Assembly: GCF_009914755.1 (NCBI RefSeq)
Contig: NC_060941.1
Source: the human T2T-CHM13v2.0 reference genome, Homo sapiens
Length of the DNA stretch: 64,000 nt
Reading direction: 5' to 3' (one strand)
Of the stretch, positions 1-19,730 are shown piece by piece. Position 1 is the first letter of the stretch. Every line of letters starts with the position of its first letter. Position numbers and translations under genes: made by a program. The notes beneath the pieces were generated by a model. It was given only the letters and a program-made list of their open reading frames with translations, had not been told where the DNA came from and ran no database searches.

Positions 1-276
<276 letters not shown>

Positions 277-739
277 TCACTTCTGAGGATAAGGTGATTG
301 GGGTACACGTCCTTCTCCTCTCCCTTTCCCTTAAGACGCTCCAGCGTAAGGGCTTAAACAGACCCTCAAGACACCGTCCTGGAAAGAGGCAGATTGATGG
401 CCACAGCTGAGTGTCAGAGGTTACATATTAGCATGTTCAAGCCTATACCAGGGACGTGTGTATCACATGCCATGCAAAGAACACAAAATATCTGCCCTTC
501 CAATGTCTGCTGCTAGTGCAAATAATAAAAGGTGTTTGAGGATAATATTAAAATGATGTCATCACCTTCTGCTTATCCACTCTTCTGGAAAAAAGTAAGA
601 TAGACAACCCAAAAGGTCAGATTTGGCTTTGCAATATTGGCTGGCTTATATTAAACATGGTCTGTCAGAGATTTCAGAAGTCATTTCAAAGCAACATTAA
701 AAAGTTGAATTATGACACATTCCTAACGAAATGATCCAG

Positions 740-1170
740 TTTTCCCACCTTGGCCTCCCACTCCGAGCATGCCACACTCTCTCACACCTCTGTGCCTTGG
801 CAGGGATCGTTCACACTGCTTTGGGGCCCTCTGCCAGCTTCTCTGCACCCAGCACACCAGCACTAGCTTTAGGCCTCAGCTTGAAAACACCCGCTCCTCA
901 GGGACACCTCCTCCCCCATGCCCAGGGTAATCCTAGGATTGCTTTTCTATGCTGCTTCTGTATACTAAACACATGCGGTACAGAAATTAACATGTTATTT
1001 GGTTAAACTAACAATTAATTGGATTCATGATTTACCTTCCCCGATGGCCCATAAATTCTTTGGGGTTAAATAACAGGCCGTGTGTTTCCAATGTCTGTGT
1101 CTCCTCTCGTGCCTAGCACAGAGCTCACATAATACATATGCAACATATATTTATGTTTTTGTTGATTGGA
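740..1170 (+). mobile_element. L2 3' fragment (degenerate)
   Basis: L2-like 3' motifs: CCTCTGTGCCTTGGCA..., GTGCCTAGCACAGAG..., TTTGTTGATTGGAT. Confidence 0.5.
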
Positions 1171-1203
1171 TAGCAGCTCATAGCTTAGACTCAAATATCT
1201 TAA

Positions 1204-1557
<354 letters not shown>

Positions 1558-1599
1558 TCAAAGGACTTTCTTACTTGATGGTAGTTAACATGGGAATAT

Positions 1600-1692
1600 T
1601 CCAGCAGCTAGAACAGTACTTGGCACATAGTAAGTGCTCAGTAAATATGTGTTAAAGAAATGAATGAATGAGTGAAGAAATGAACGAATGAA
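1600..1692 (+). mobile_element. L2 3' terminus
   Basis: CTAGAACAGTACTTGGCACATAGTAAGTGCTCAGTAAATA followed by a (GAAT)n tail. Confidence 0.75.
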
Positions 1693-2175
1693 AGCATACA
1701 AATTATCAATAGAATAGGTAATCAAGGAGTAGTGGTTTTAAAGAACTGTAAAGCATTCCAGTAAAGTAAGTCCAGTTGGTATTGCTAAATTCAAAATCAA
1801 TATATTCTCCATTAGTGATATGAATTTAAAATTCTAGGAGAATATGTTCTGTATTTACTTTGCAATTAAATGAACAGAGTTGCATTGTAGTGAAATGATG
1901 GGATTTTACCAGATGCTCATGGGTTCCTATCACAGATGATTTTAGACTCACAATTTCAGACAACTGGGCCCATTTTGTATTGAATCAAATCGCCTCAGTT
2001 CATGTTTCATTCATTCCTTGTAACTTTTTGTCACCCTCTATTGGGAGACATTCTCAAGACATTACCAAAAATCACCTAACGACAGAAATGTTTGTGTTTA
2101 CAGCATGGCAACTCACAGTGTGACGTGGGACCAGGAGCACAGATCACTGAAGAGACTGTTAGAAATGCAACTTCA

Positions 2176-2462
2176 GGCTGGACGTAGTGGCTCATGCCTG
2201 TAATCCCAAAACTTTGGGAGGCCGAAGCGGGCGGATCACTTGAGGTCATGAGTTTGAGACCAGCCTGGCCAACATGGTGAAACTTCGTCTCTACTAAAAA
2301 TACAAAAATTAGCTGGGCGTGATGGCATGTGCCTGTAATCCCAATTACTCAGGTGGCTGAAGGATGAGAATCGCTTGAACCCAGGAAGCGGACGTTGCAG
2401 TGAGCCGAGATGCGCCTTTGCACTCTAGCCTGGGTGACAGAGTGAGACCCTGTCTCAAAAAA
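2176..2462 (+). mobile_element. AluS (Sz-like)
   Basis: Full length; GGATCACTTGAGGTC; 5' TSD copy AGAAATGCAACTTCA. Confidence 0.92.
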
Positions 2463-2473
2463 GAAAGAAATGC

Positions 2474-2785
<312 letters not shown>

Positions 2786-4189
2786 TCAACTTCAAGGGTC
2801 CTACCTAGAAACCTGTTTTAACAAGCCTCCATGTGACTCCTCTGGTGCTGAAGAAATTCTTCACACCATACAATAAAATATCATCTGTTACCATGATAGA
2901 AGAAACCGTGGCTTTCTCTGGCGACTATAAGTACGGATAATGGGCCAGGGCTCCCTAGCTGGAAGGAAAGTCACTGTCCTGGGGGCAAAGCAGGTACCCA
3001 GTGACTGTCCCTGCTGATGATGCACCCCGAGAAGTGGAGCAGGCTGGGATGTGTTTGACACAAAGCCCTCTTGCTGTCCTAATCCACACCCACGCCAATA
3101 TCCCTCAGCCTCATTTCCTCTTGACAAAGACGGTTCTGTTCTGAGGGGGTGTGTGGGACCAACAGCAGCAGCTGGGGTGGCCAAATGACCGCTCTTGCTT
3201 AGAATAGAGAGGGATTCAAAGAATGATCTCTGCCAGATTGCCGGGCTTTGCTGTGTCACATCAGGCTGACACAGATGGCCTTGGCCACTAAGGACGCTGC
3301 CTTCTTCCTCACAGAAGCCCGAGGAAATGCCCTGAGAAGGAACAAGGACCAGATAACTACCCGGCAGGGAGTGGCTGGTAGGATTTCAGCTTGAAATGTG
3401 ATCTCTGGATGCCCATGAGCCAGTGTGGCATTTATTTCCACCGCATCAGGGGTCCCAACCTTGGATAACATTTATATTTCTAGAGCACCTGAAGAACAAA
3501 GATTCCAGATTGTAAGGTGCAAAATAAGTCACAAGGGGGTGCCTTCTCACTCACACACAGCTAGCCACAGCTGTCTGCCATCCCAGAGCGTACCCCGAAG
3601 CTAGCGCGCCAGCGAGCTAGTTTTAAAGCACAGACAACCTCTCCATTGCTGGCTTTCTTCGAACACCGTGGGTGAGGAAATGAGACAGAGAATGTCTAAT
3701 GATTAGTTCCTTATGGTCCTTACATTCTTGAAGTATATTCTTTACGCCCGCTGGAACACTTCTGCATTCTTGATAGCATGATTGCAATATAAGTTCTTTC
3801 CCTTCTGAGCACTGTCTTTTATTGACACACTAAAATATCCTAGGAGCAGGATGGGTCTTCCCACCTTCCTCACGCCCCTCTTTCCCCACTGCCACACTCT
3901 CCGCGCCATTCCTTGTTCTCTTTCTAAGAACGCAATAAACATTTCAGCACAATCTTTTCAATCCACATTATTTATAATATTCCGAACATCCATCGAGCCT
4001 GGCTAGAATGCGAAGCAATAAATCAAACTTAACAACAACAAAGAAGGAAGGGGGAAAACCGCCCTTTGGCGAGGCGAAAGCCTGAGACGTTTCATTCCCC
4101 GAAGGGTTTAGTTATGTTAGGAAAAGTGAGATGGGGATGAGACCCGAGGTTTAGAATGACATAGAGGCAGGAACTGGAATCTATAGGCA

Positions 4190-4285
4190 TAATCATAACT
4201 TTGTATAAACCTCAAACAAACTTACCTCTCTGGGGTGTCATGAGGATAAATGAGATACGTGGGAAGCACTCCGAGTGCCTCGAAC
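4190..4285 (+). mobile_element. MIR fragment
   Basis: ACTTACCTCTCTGGGGTGTCATGAGGATAAATGAGATACGTGGGAAGCAC resembles the MIR core/3' part. Confidence 0.55.
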
Positions 4286-5386
4286 GAGAGCAACTGGAGC
4301 CCAATTCTCCTTTTTGGGTCCAAAAGGTCATCTTTCTTGGAAGGGAGAGGGCTAAGAGCTCCCCCAACTCCCTGAGCGCCAGTCTTTGCTAATTAACATC
4401 CCCTCTGCAGGTTTAACTAAGATGGGGGTGAGCCTGGAAGCAGGGCCTCGAGGTAGGGCTGCTAGGTCCTGGACCCAGTCTCCACCCCCAGCAGGGACCC
4501 CTCTCCCCACTGCCAGCGAGGACCACGCCAGGCCACACACAGCCAGGGGTGTCCCTGCAGAATGATTCAGCTCCTGCCGGGGGTGGGAAGTAGAGCTCGT
4601 CCCACATCCTTTCCTCATGGCGCTACGCAGGTTAACACTGTCTGACTTTGTCTTCGCAAAGAAAGAATCTAGCTCCACAGTTTGCTGATGATTTCAAAAT
4701 TTATCTAAACGAATGTGGAGGCCAGTACAGGCTATTGGCTAATTGCAGAATTGGCTTGAGGCCTTTCTGCCTTGGCGATTTCCCACGCATTCCCGTCTCA
4801 CGTTGGAAATCCAAGCTGTTTGGGAGTGGGCGTGTGTTTGCGTGGCAGGCCTCAATGCAGCGGCTCTGTTGCTGTCTAGTCTAACATGCTCTGCCGTCTG
4901 CTCTCAGTGGTCCCTTCTGACAGTTTCCTGGATATAAAGGGGTGCTTCTTTTCCAGTCTTGTTGAATGGTACTGAATATAAGATTAGAATAACTGAATCA
5001 CAATCCACATTTTAGTCATTACAGTCTCATGTTAGCTCTGGGGAAATGACCATAACCGGTACTTACTCATGAGAATTTTCTACCAAAAAGTCAGACAAGA
5101 AAGTCATTTTCTTATGAAAAGTGTCAAATGTGCCACCTACTCTGGCTTTGCCATCCCTCCCCTCTGCATGTTAACCTCACTTGGTCTTCTTAAGGTACAG
5201 ATAATGCCTTCCTGCCCAGATCTGTTACCTGCTTGCTGGCTTGGGTGGAGGTTAGATCTCAACCACTGTTCTGGAAAGGATTTGATCATCAGCTTGGCTT
5301 TGTTCATAACTTCCTGCAGTAAAAAAAAGTCTTCAAAAAACCCAAATTCACGAGTGATATAGACATTTGTTTAAACAAAGTCTTCA

Positions 5387-6480
<1,094 letters not shown>

Positions 6481-6494
6481 TAGAGGTGTAAGTC

Positions 6495-6985
<491 letters not shown>

Positions 6986-7574
6986 CTTATTATTAAGGCT
7001 TTTCCAGTCATGCTTCATGGTGTGCCTACAGCCCCTTCAAATGGGATCTTTTTAGATCAGAGCTCTGGCTGAGGTGTGAGTCAAGGTGGCTGCGGTTTCT
7101 ATCTACCCCGATCCCACCCATCAAGCCATAGGGCCCTGGGCATGCAGGGCAAGTTCAGCCGATCCACAGGCTGGCCAGCAGCCCCTGAGTGATTTTGGTC
7201 CAGTACATGCAACTGAGCTGGATAAGGATTATTTTCTCTGAAGTTGGACTAGGAAATAAGGAGTGATGCAGGCTTACCAAGTCTGCCTTGGTTCCTAACG
7301 AAGGGAACATGTTTCTTTAAAGTAACCCCATCTTTTTTTGTGGAAATGTGAGTGATTCTGTTTCATTTTTTCCCCAACCAAAAGATGTCCCAAAGAACAA
7401 AAGTTTAATTAATATATATCCCAGGCTACAGATGTATGTGCTTTAAACGAGGGACAGATTTTGACTCAAGGAATACATTTCTAATTGTAAAATTTTGGGT
7501 CATCAGCAAGATGACTGAAAGGATCTCCATCACTTCTGAAATTAGAACTTTTAGGCCACTGTTGAGATATCTAA

Positions 7575-7940
<366 letters not shown>

Positions 7941-7944
7941 ACCT

Positions 7945-8116
7945 TTTCTTTTTTTAAAGAGACGAGATCTTGCTATGTTGCCCAGGCTGGAGTGCAGTGG
8001 CTATTCACAAGTGTGATCATAACACACGACAACCTTGAACTCTTGGGCTCAAACGATCCTCCTGCCTCAGCCTCTGGAGTAGCTGGGACTACAGGTGCAT
8101 ACCACTGTGCCTAGCC
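7945..8116 (-). mobile_element. FAM (fossil Alu monomer)
   Basis: Single monomer of about 170 bp retaining the 7SL-like GTGAATAGCCACTGCACTCCAGCCTGGGCAACATAGC segment (plus strand: ...GCAGTGGCTATTCAC). Confidence 0.85.
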
Positions 8117-8368
8117 AGAATCACCTTTTAACATCCATGGCTATTTCAAATCTAGAGTTTACAGCATCAGTAGGTTTAATGCGGATGAACATCTTCATGA
8201 CTTAAAAATGAGTAAGGAACACATCCTTTTCTGGTTAACTTCCTTGTCACTCTGGAGAATGTCCCTACCGCTATTTCTCAAATGAGAGGACCTGAAGTTC
8301 TCTGGAGCACGGGGTGTGAATGGAGGTATAAGAGAAGGGATAGCTGGAAATGATAGTGGGTGAAGGTT

Positions 8369-8431
8369 AGTGAGGGCAGGGTCTCAATGAGTGAGGGCAG
8401 GGTCTCAATGAGTGAAGGCAGGGTCTCAATG
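8369..8431. repeat. 21-bp tandem repeat x3
   Basis: AGTGAGGGCAGGGTCTCAATG three times, with one mismatch in copy 3. Confidence 0.95.
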
Positions 8432-8469
8432 GCTCATGAAGGCATCTAGGCTGAATACACAGAAGCCAG

Positions 8470-9770
<1,301 letters not shown>

Positions 9771-9924
9771 AGGCGGAGAGCAGGGGAGGGAGATCGGGCA
9801 GGGTGGGTGCAGGGGGTACCGTGAGTATGGGAGCTTCTAAGACTTGGGCCCAGAGCTGCTAAAGGGGCACTGGAAGGGAGGACTCTGGCTCTGTCACTAT
9901 CTGATGAGGACAGCAGCAGAGTGA

Positions 9925-10500
<576 letters not shown>

Positions 10501-10959
10501 TTATCATCAGAGTTGACTAACTCGAACATATAGTCATAACAATAAAGTTAAGGTTGTACAGAAGTAGAAAAAGACCTAAGATACCAGTAACACAGCTTCC
10601 AAACCATCTTCTCTGCTTTCACAGCCAGGTGCCCAGCTCTAGACTAGACTATGATGGACTTCTCACTGTCTTCCCTGCTACAGAACATCCCCAGAAGCAA
10701 CAGGTCTCCCTCATGCTGCCAACAACAACCCTCTTCTTCACTGTGACAAGCCTGACCCCATCTGTTTTTTGGTTTTCCTCTTCAAGAACTGCAGGAGACA
10801 AAATTATTATTTGCAGATAATGAGAACACCTAACGTGGAAATAACAAAATAATCCACAGAAAACCCTTTTGAACTAAAGAAAAAAGGATAGCTTAAAATA
10901 CATCAATAGATTCCAACTCCTTTCTCATAAGGCAGTTAAAATCAATCAGAAAATATAAC

Positions 10960-11247
10960 AGGGTGTGATGGCTTACATCTGTAATCCCAGCACTTCGGTG
11001 GATCACTTGAGCCCAGGCATTTGAGACCAGCCTGGGCAACACAGTGAAACCTCATTTCTATAAAAAATACAAAAATCAGCCAGGCGTGGTGGTGCACGCC
11101 TCTAGTCCCAGCTACTGCGAGGCAGGGGTGGGAGAATTGCTCGAGCCTGGCTGGTCAAGGCAGCAGTGAGCTGAGATCATGCCACTGCACTCCAGCGTAG
11201 GAGACACAGTGAGTAAGATCCTATCTCAAAAAAAAGAAAAAAAGAAA
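10960..11247 (+). mobile_element. AluJ
   Basis: GGATCACTTGAGCCCAGG and GGTCAAGGCAGCAGTGAG (J diagnostics). Confidence 0.88.
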
Positions 11248-11281
11248 ATCAATGAAAAAAGTGTATTAATAACTGATGAAC

Positions 11282-11570
<289 letters not shown>

Positions 11571-11989
11571 AATTTTAAAAACTAATGAACAGAGAACAAA
11601 GGAATGAACAAAAATGGACAGAACGACTTTTTGAAAATTCCACAAGTTTACTGAGGAACCGTAAAAGAAAATATGAACAAAGACAGATCCATACCATATT
11701 TCTGGATGGGAAGACTCAGAGCTGTGTGCCTGTCAGTTCTCTCCATGTTAATATAAACATTTAACTCAAATAGCAACAGGATCTTTCAGGAACCTGCCAA
11801 ATTACTGTGAGGCAACTAGGACTATTCTCAATCTGCAGGCAAGGAAACTAAGGCTTAGACAGGTTAAGAAAGCACAATCTGTCGTAAGGAAATTGATGTG
11901 GAGGCACAGTAGGGCACACCTCAGTAACAATTACAAAGATGTTGGATGCAGAGTTGTGTGTCTATGTGTGTGGGCCACAGATAAGCAGG

Positions 11990-12938
<949 letters not shown>

Positions 12939-13134
12939 GAGCTCAGGTATGGGTCTAGCATCGACAGCTGCTGGAGGCCTCTCCACCAGGGCCCTCCTGG
13001 GGCCTTCTCCCCACTCTCCTGTTGGAGGCCTCATCAGATGCCACTTCTCCATTTCCCCCCTCTATCTGAGATTTCCAGATGGACATTTTATGTTTTTGTA
13101 CATTTGATAAATTTTTGTTTGGTACTGATGACAT

Positions 13135-13437
13135 GTTTTGTTTTGTTTTGTTTTGAGATGGAGTCTGGCTCTGTCACCCAGGCTGGAGTGCAGTGGCGTG
13201 ATCTTGGCTTACTGCAATTTTGGCTTCCCGGGTTCACGCCATTCTCCTGCCTCAGCCCCCCGAGGAGCTGGGACTACAGGCACCTGCCATCATGCCCAGC
13301 TAATTTTTTGTATTTTTAGTAGAGACAGGGTTTCACCGTGTTAGCCAGGCTGGTCTCAAACTCCTGACCTCAAGTGATTCACTCGCCTCAGCCTCCCAAA
13401 GTGCTGGGATTACAGGCGTGAGCCACTGCACCCGGCC
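13135..13437 (-). mobile_element. Alu, chimeric AluSz-like 5' / AluY 3'
   Basis: TSD TGATGACAT at 13126-13134 and 13438-13446; mixed diagnostics. Confidence 0.9.
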
Positions 13438-14264
13438 TGATGACATTTTCTTACTATAATCCCTCCTCTTTGCCTTGGTAGAGTACATTTCTTCATTCAT
13501 TATTCCTTCCAACATTACATTATTTGAAAGTATGGTAAGACAGGGTTCAACAGAAAGGCACGCAGTTGGTGCAACTGGAAGCTATCCTCTTTATGAATGA
13601 AACGTTAGTGTCTCCAGGTGTCCGTTTTCTTCGCTTAAAACTGCTGGCATCATCTTATAACTCAGACTTAGCTATTCATCACGGTGGAAAGAAAAAGTCA
13701 GCCAATGGAACATAAGCCTTCTTCCCTACGAGACACTCCTCTGGCCAACCTATATGGCCACAAAGGGCAGAATTGAGATTCTCCTGCTCACCTGGTGGCC
13801 GCATGCATAACCAGCCTAAAGAAAATTTCTGAGAGAAAATATCCAGGCAAGAGCTAACTTGCAAATCTGAATACTTGAAATGAGACAGTCACTTTATGGA
13901 GATGAATCTTTTTTTTTTTTCTTTCTTTACCAAAACTGAAGAACTGCACATGTATGTCCTCTAACAAGTAGACATCTAAAGACACCAGCATAGGTTGGGT
14001 AGAAAGTCAAGAAGCAAGAGAGTTTACGTATTTGCTGTAGAACCTAGATAGGGATTCCAGGGGACAAGAGAGCCCAGGACACCTGACAGGTATTCTTGAT
14101 AGGAAAAACAGAGCACTCACAATTACAGATGTTGTGACCCTGGTCCAAATAATATCTTTACTCTGACAAAAAGCTGTGGACAATTAGAAATTACTTTTCT
14201 TAAACTAAAGGGTTTTTTCCTTTCTATAAATATTCAACCTTCTGTGTTTGAAATAGAATTCTCA

Positions 14265-14563
14265 GGCAAGGAGAGGTGGCTCGCACCTGTAATTCCAGCA
14301 CTTTAGGAGGCTGAGGTGGGCGGATCACAAGGTTAGGAGTTCGAGACCAGCCTGGTCAACATGGTGAAACCCCGTCTCTACTAAAACTACAAAAATTAGC
14401 CGGGTGTGGTGGTGCGCGCCTGTAATCCCAGTTACTCAGGAGGCTGAGGCAGGAGAATCACTGAACCTGGGAGGCAGAGGTTGCAGTGAGCCAAGACCAT
14501 GCCATTGCACTCCAGCCTGGGTGACAGAGCGAGACTCCATCTCAAACAAACAAACAAATAAAA
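14265..14563 (+). mobile_element. AluS (Sg-like)
   Basis: TSD GAAATAGAATTCTCA at 14250-14264 and 14564-14578. Confidence 0.92.
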
Positions 14564-16009
14564 GAAATAGAATTCTCAGTGTTTTCATGTCACTGGGGTT
14601 AAAGTATAAACTCAAGAAAAGTACCATGAGAACTTGGAATGTGGAGCTTTCGCAATGGATAGAACGACATTCTTTTCATTTAATAAGGTTGAACTGTATG
14701 CATCTTTCAAAATTAAAAGCAATGTTTTCAATAACTGCATGTTTCCAACAACCTTGGTCTCTATGGATTAAATTCTATTTCTTTTCATTTCTGGAATTAT
14801 TTTATTAATCAAACACAAAATTATTATAGTCTACTCAGAAAAGTCTGATGGAAATTGTAACCTGAATCATATTCGAGGATTTTCTTTTGAAGCAGAAAGC
14901 CAGCAATTACAGTACTGGAAAAGGCTGTTTTACTGTGGTGTATTTCCTCGGGAGAGGAAATGATTTTTGAGAATACTGAAGCCTTTTTTATTCTAAAGTA
15001 GGCTAGCAACACCTGTACACAATCTTTCTAGACAACAATAAGACTTTTCTGAGGTTTCATGTCATGATCGTTTAATTTAATAGCTCTGAGAGTTTAAACA
15101 GGACACTCATACCTCAGTTAACTGGCATGGTCAGTGAACTGGGGATTCCAGTTAACTTAATTTTTCCATCAACTAATAGTAACCCATTTATGCAATGAAA
15201 TTTCCTCAGCAGGATACAGGGGATCTGCACAGCTCTTTTCAGATATGTACAATTGTATGGTTTGTCTCTAAGTTTTCCTTTTTTAAAAAATCAGCATCTT
15301 GCCTTGTGTAAATCTTCAAATTAATAAACCAATGATCAACTACAAGACGGCTCACCAAAACAAATAAGCAAAAAAGGTTAGGTTTAACTCTGATCGTCTT
15401 AGCTAAAGAAAATAAACTACGGAGAAAATAAAATATTTTCTTCTCAATTCATACAGCATTCACTTAAGGCAATGGTCTGCACCCTGGAGATACGGAGATA
15501 AACAATACATGTTTTTTTGGACCTCAGAAGCTCACAGTTTACATATGGATAAAGTAGGAAAGTTCAGAAGATATGAGCAATGACAGTTGTTTAAAAAATT
15601 TTTTTTCTTTAAAAGTGTATAAAGCTACTCTTGTTTTTGAAAAGTCAAGGCAAATGAAACATACTTTTTGAAATAATCAGGGAAAAAAATAAGTTTAAAG
15701 TTTCCTCTAGATCTTTTAATCAGCAGAATAATAAGGACTGACTTTATATCTAGACTTCGACTTAGCAGAATTAGAAAACTTCAAAAGTCCTAGAAATATC
15801 ACAGGTAAATGGGTAAAATTAACCTCAAAAAGTTTCTGACTTGACTTTCTAGGGGCCGAAACACGCAAGATCCTTCTCAGTTCTCTCCCTTAGTCTTATG
15901 TTTTAATTAACAGAGGCAAAGTTTTTCAAAGTCATGGGTGGGGCTTGCTTTATTTCCTCTGATGGTTTCCAGCAGGGAACCTTGGCCTTAGGATCTTAAG
16001 TTTTCTGGA

Positions 16010-16325
16010 ATACTAGGTTCCATTCTCCCAGCTTCCCAGGCCCCACCCCCCTGGAGATTCTGATTCAGCGGTTCCGGGAGAGGGCCCAGGAATTTGTATT
16101 TTTAGTAAGAGCATCGTGTGATTCTTATCATCAGGGAAATCTGGACACTATGGATAATAACAATTTGCCCACGAATCACAGGTTGTGGGTAGGGCTTAGA
16201 GAGAAAAACAGATTCCCAGGCCCCAAGGCTCAGGGAATCAGCTTCAGGAAGCCTGGGCTCAGACTCAGGAATCTGCATTTCTAACAAACACCTCAGGCAA
16301 CATCTGGTGGACGGAAACACTGTCT
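16010..16325. mobile_element. Two adjacent MER5-family relics
   Basis: CCCAGGCCCCACCCC..GATTCTGATTCAG..GGGCCCAGGAATTTGTATTTTTA, and a second GATTCCCAGGCCCC..CAGGAATCTGCATTTCTAACAAACACCTCAGG. Confidence 0.7.
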
Positions 16326-17809
16326 TTGGTGCTGAGCCACCAAACTCTATTCTGCAGGTGTTGGATATAAAACAACCAGAATCAGCAGAAACCAGTGTAG
16401 AGGTCCAAAGTAGTGATAAAAAAAAAAAAAAAAAAGGAGAAACATCTGGGACATCTCCGTCTACCTGAGGCCCTGGACTGCTGGGTGTCTTCAATACCAC
16501 ATTTCCTGGTCTGACCTAGATGGGCCTTTTCTCTAAGGCCGGCCTCCAGAAGCCAGGGTGAAGCCCAGAACATTACACACAATGAGATGCCCATCTGTTC
16601 CTGCATGGGGCAGATCGAGGGTGCCTATTTATCCAAGCCTGGTAGTCCCAAACAGTGATCACCCTGGTTAAATAAATACAAAAAGGCAAAACATCTTTTG
16701 GAATTGTTACATGCTGGTTATATCATGCCTGAAAATTGCAAATGAAACTAGTACATGTACCAATGCCTGGTCATAAATGAACACATTGTTTACTACAAAT
16801 TCTGCTGAAATAAACCTGTCTTCACATACAGTTGCTAAGGCACTTGTGCTTAGAAAAACAAATACTTTAAAGACAAACAATACCTTCACATTTTCCCTTC
16901 AAAAGTGACTAATTTACTCAATACTTCTGAAAAATTGTAACGAACTTCTTCTGGAATCCCCATATTACCGCATCCCACACTTGCCAATAACTATATGGAG
17001 CGCTTTGGAAACGCCGAGGGAAATAGCAGACTTGGTAAGGCTTAAAAAAAAAAATAAGGCAAGATCATAGATGGGATGAAAAACTCAACTTGAATGCTTC
17101 CCCGTGAAGTCAGTCTACGTTTGATCCAAATGGTTGAACTCCAAAAGCACCTCAGCAGTTCAGCTCTCTTGATTTCAAACCCCTGCCCACATGGCTCAAA
17201 TTTGCAACTTAAATATTCGGTATGAAAACGAAAGTTATTTAACTGTTAGCACAGGCTCTCTTCTCCAAAAGAGAGTAGGAAGGGCATACGTTTCGGCCCA
17301 CACACATACGCCGATCTTTGACTTCTAAATATCAGGGCACAACACACACAATTATTTTGGCTTTGGGAGACAACACTGTCTGTTATGTTGGGGTGGGTAG
17401 TTACAAAAAAATATTGTCTTGAACACTGCCAGAGCTGACGATTTTATGCATGTGTAGTACAAACGGTTCTTTTTCATTTTGGAAAGAAAAAGCACTTAAA
17501 AAAGGTTTGGTAGGGAGGCTCTGCAGCGATATTTCACCTCAATACATCTTTCAAGTTTGATAGCTTGTAAGCTCACGGCTTTGGTTCTTGTCTTCAACCT
17601 TCAGACAACTCTAAGCTGGCTACAGCAGCTGCAGAGGCTGAGTCTTTAAATGAAATAAAGAAATAATTGCTTCAGGGAACAAAGGGAAGCAAAAAAAAAA
17701 AAAAAAAAGTCCTGTTAGCTGAACTATGTGGCCCCTTGGGACGGTGTGTGGTGTGTATTCCTGATGAATATTGTTCGGTGTGGTAAAGGAATCCCTGCAA
17801 AACCCCAGA

Positions 17810-18040
17810 GACTCAGAAAAAGGGTGGCGTGGTAGTAGAAACAGTGGGCTTCAGAGGTGTACCTGGGTTCGAGCTGAGGCTATGCCACTGACCAGCTACG
17901 TGACCTTGAGCACTGGCCCTCACCTCTCAGGGTCTTTGCCTCTTGTCTGTGATATGGGAATGACATTACCTGTCTCACGGGGCTGTAAATGAGGCCTGGA
18001 AGGATGATGTATGTCATGTGTTGATTTCACGTGGGCAAAC
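17810..18040 (+). mobile_element. MIR
   Basis: ACCTGGGTTCGAG..TGCCACTGACCAGCTACGTGACCTTGAGC..TCTGTGATATGGGAATGAC. Confidence 0.75.
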
Positions 18041-18760
18041 TGAATGCCCTTGGTTATCTCTCCCCGCTCCCCAAACTCTACTAGTGGGGAATGGTATAAA
18101 TATATAAACCAAAAGAACAGGAGAGAAAATGACATCCCATCAGATACAGCAACAAAATGTCAGGAGATGGAAAGCAGATGGATAAGTCATCAGTGTCTTA
18201 CAGTAGATGACGATGAAACCTAAACAGCAGATTTGGGGTGGGGCAGGCTCCATCAGGTTCTCCTGCAGGTGAGGCTAAAAACAGGGGGACTAGTTAAAGA
18301 CTATATGAGGGCCAGATGCACCCCAGGTCCCTGCCACCACCGCACACAATCAGGCAAACTACCTCTCCCCTATCTTCTCAGGAGAGATGTTCACAGGTGA
18401 AACTGGACTGGGGAGCTTGAAACATGGGGGCAACAGGCACAGAAGAAGAAAGGGATATGACGAGATGCTGGAAATAGGGAGATGAAATCCTGGTTTTCAT
18501 AGGGCATGAGAAGCTGGCTGTCCCCTCTTCCTGTTTGGCTCCCAGACAATTAACAGCCAAGTTTCCACTCATTAGGGGGGACTACAGGGCTCCTCTCAGC
18601 AGTGATGGACTAAACAAAGACAAAAGAAATGCAGATAGTCCTGTTTGGGATCCCCAATCAATGACTAGGTCCTCCCCTGCCTGATAATGCTTCTGTGAAA
18701 TCTGCAATTCAACAGATCCCACCCATGCCTATAGAACTTTCATATGTCTTTTTACATTCT

Positions 18761-19051
<291 letters not shown>

Positions 19052-19383
19052 TACATTCTTTAACATTAATGGGTAGCCAAGCATCACTAGACATTTGACA
19101 AGGGGGGGGGGGGGGAGAAAAGCAAAACAAACAAACAAACAAACAAACAAAAAAAAAACCAAAAACAAAAAACCAACCTTCCCCCTGAAAAAAAAAAAAA
19201 CAGAAAAAGGAATCCAATGACAAGATACAACGCAAAGAACAGAAGAAAATGTGAAAGAAACAATAATTACAATTATCATAGAGATAAAATATGTAATATC
19301 TATGAAATTAGAACAGAATAAATTAAAAAATCAGAAAGCCTTGGAGTGAAAAAGGAAGACAGCAGCTATAAAGAATTTCAATG

Positions 19384-19730
<347 letters not shown>

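Noticed and set aside
7945-8116. 7SL (SRP RNA) gene or pseudogene
   Set aside because: Lacks the central S domain; length and A-tail fit FAM.
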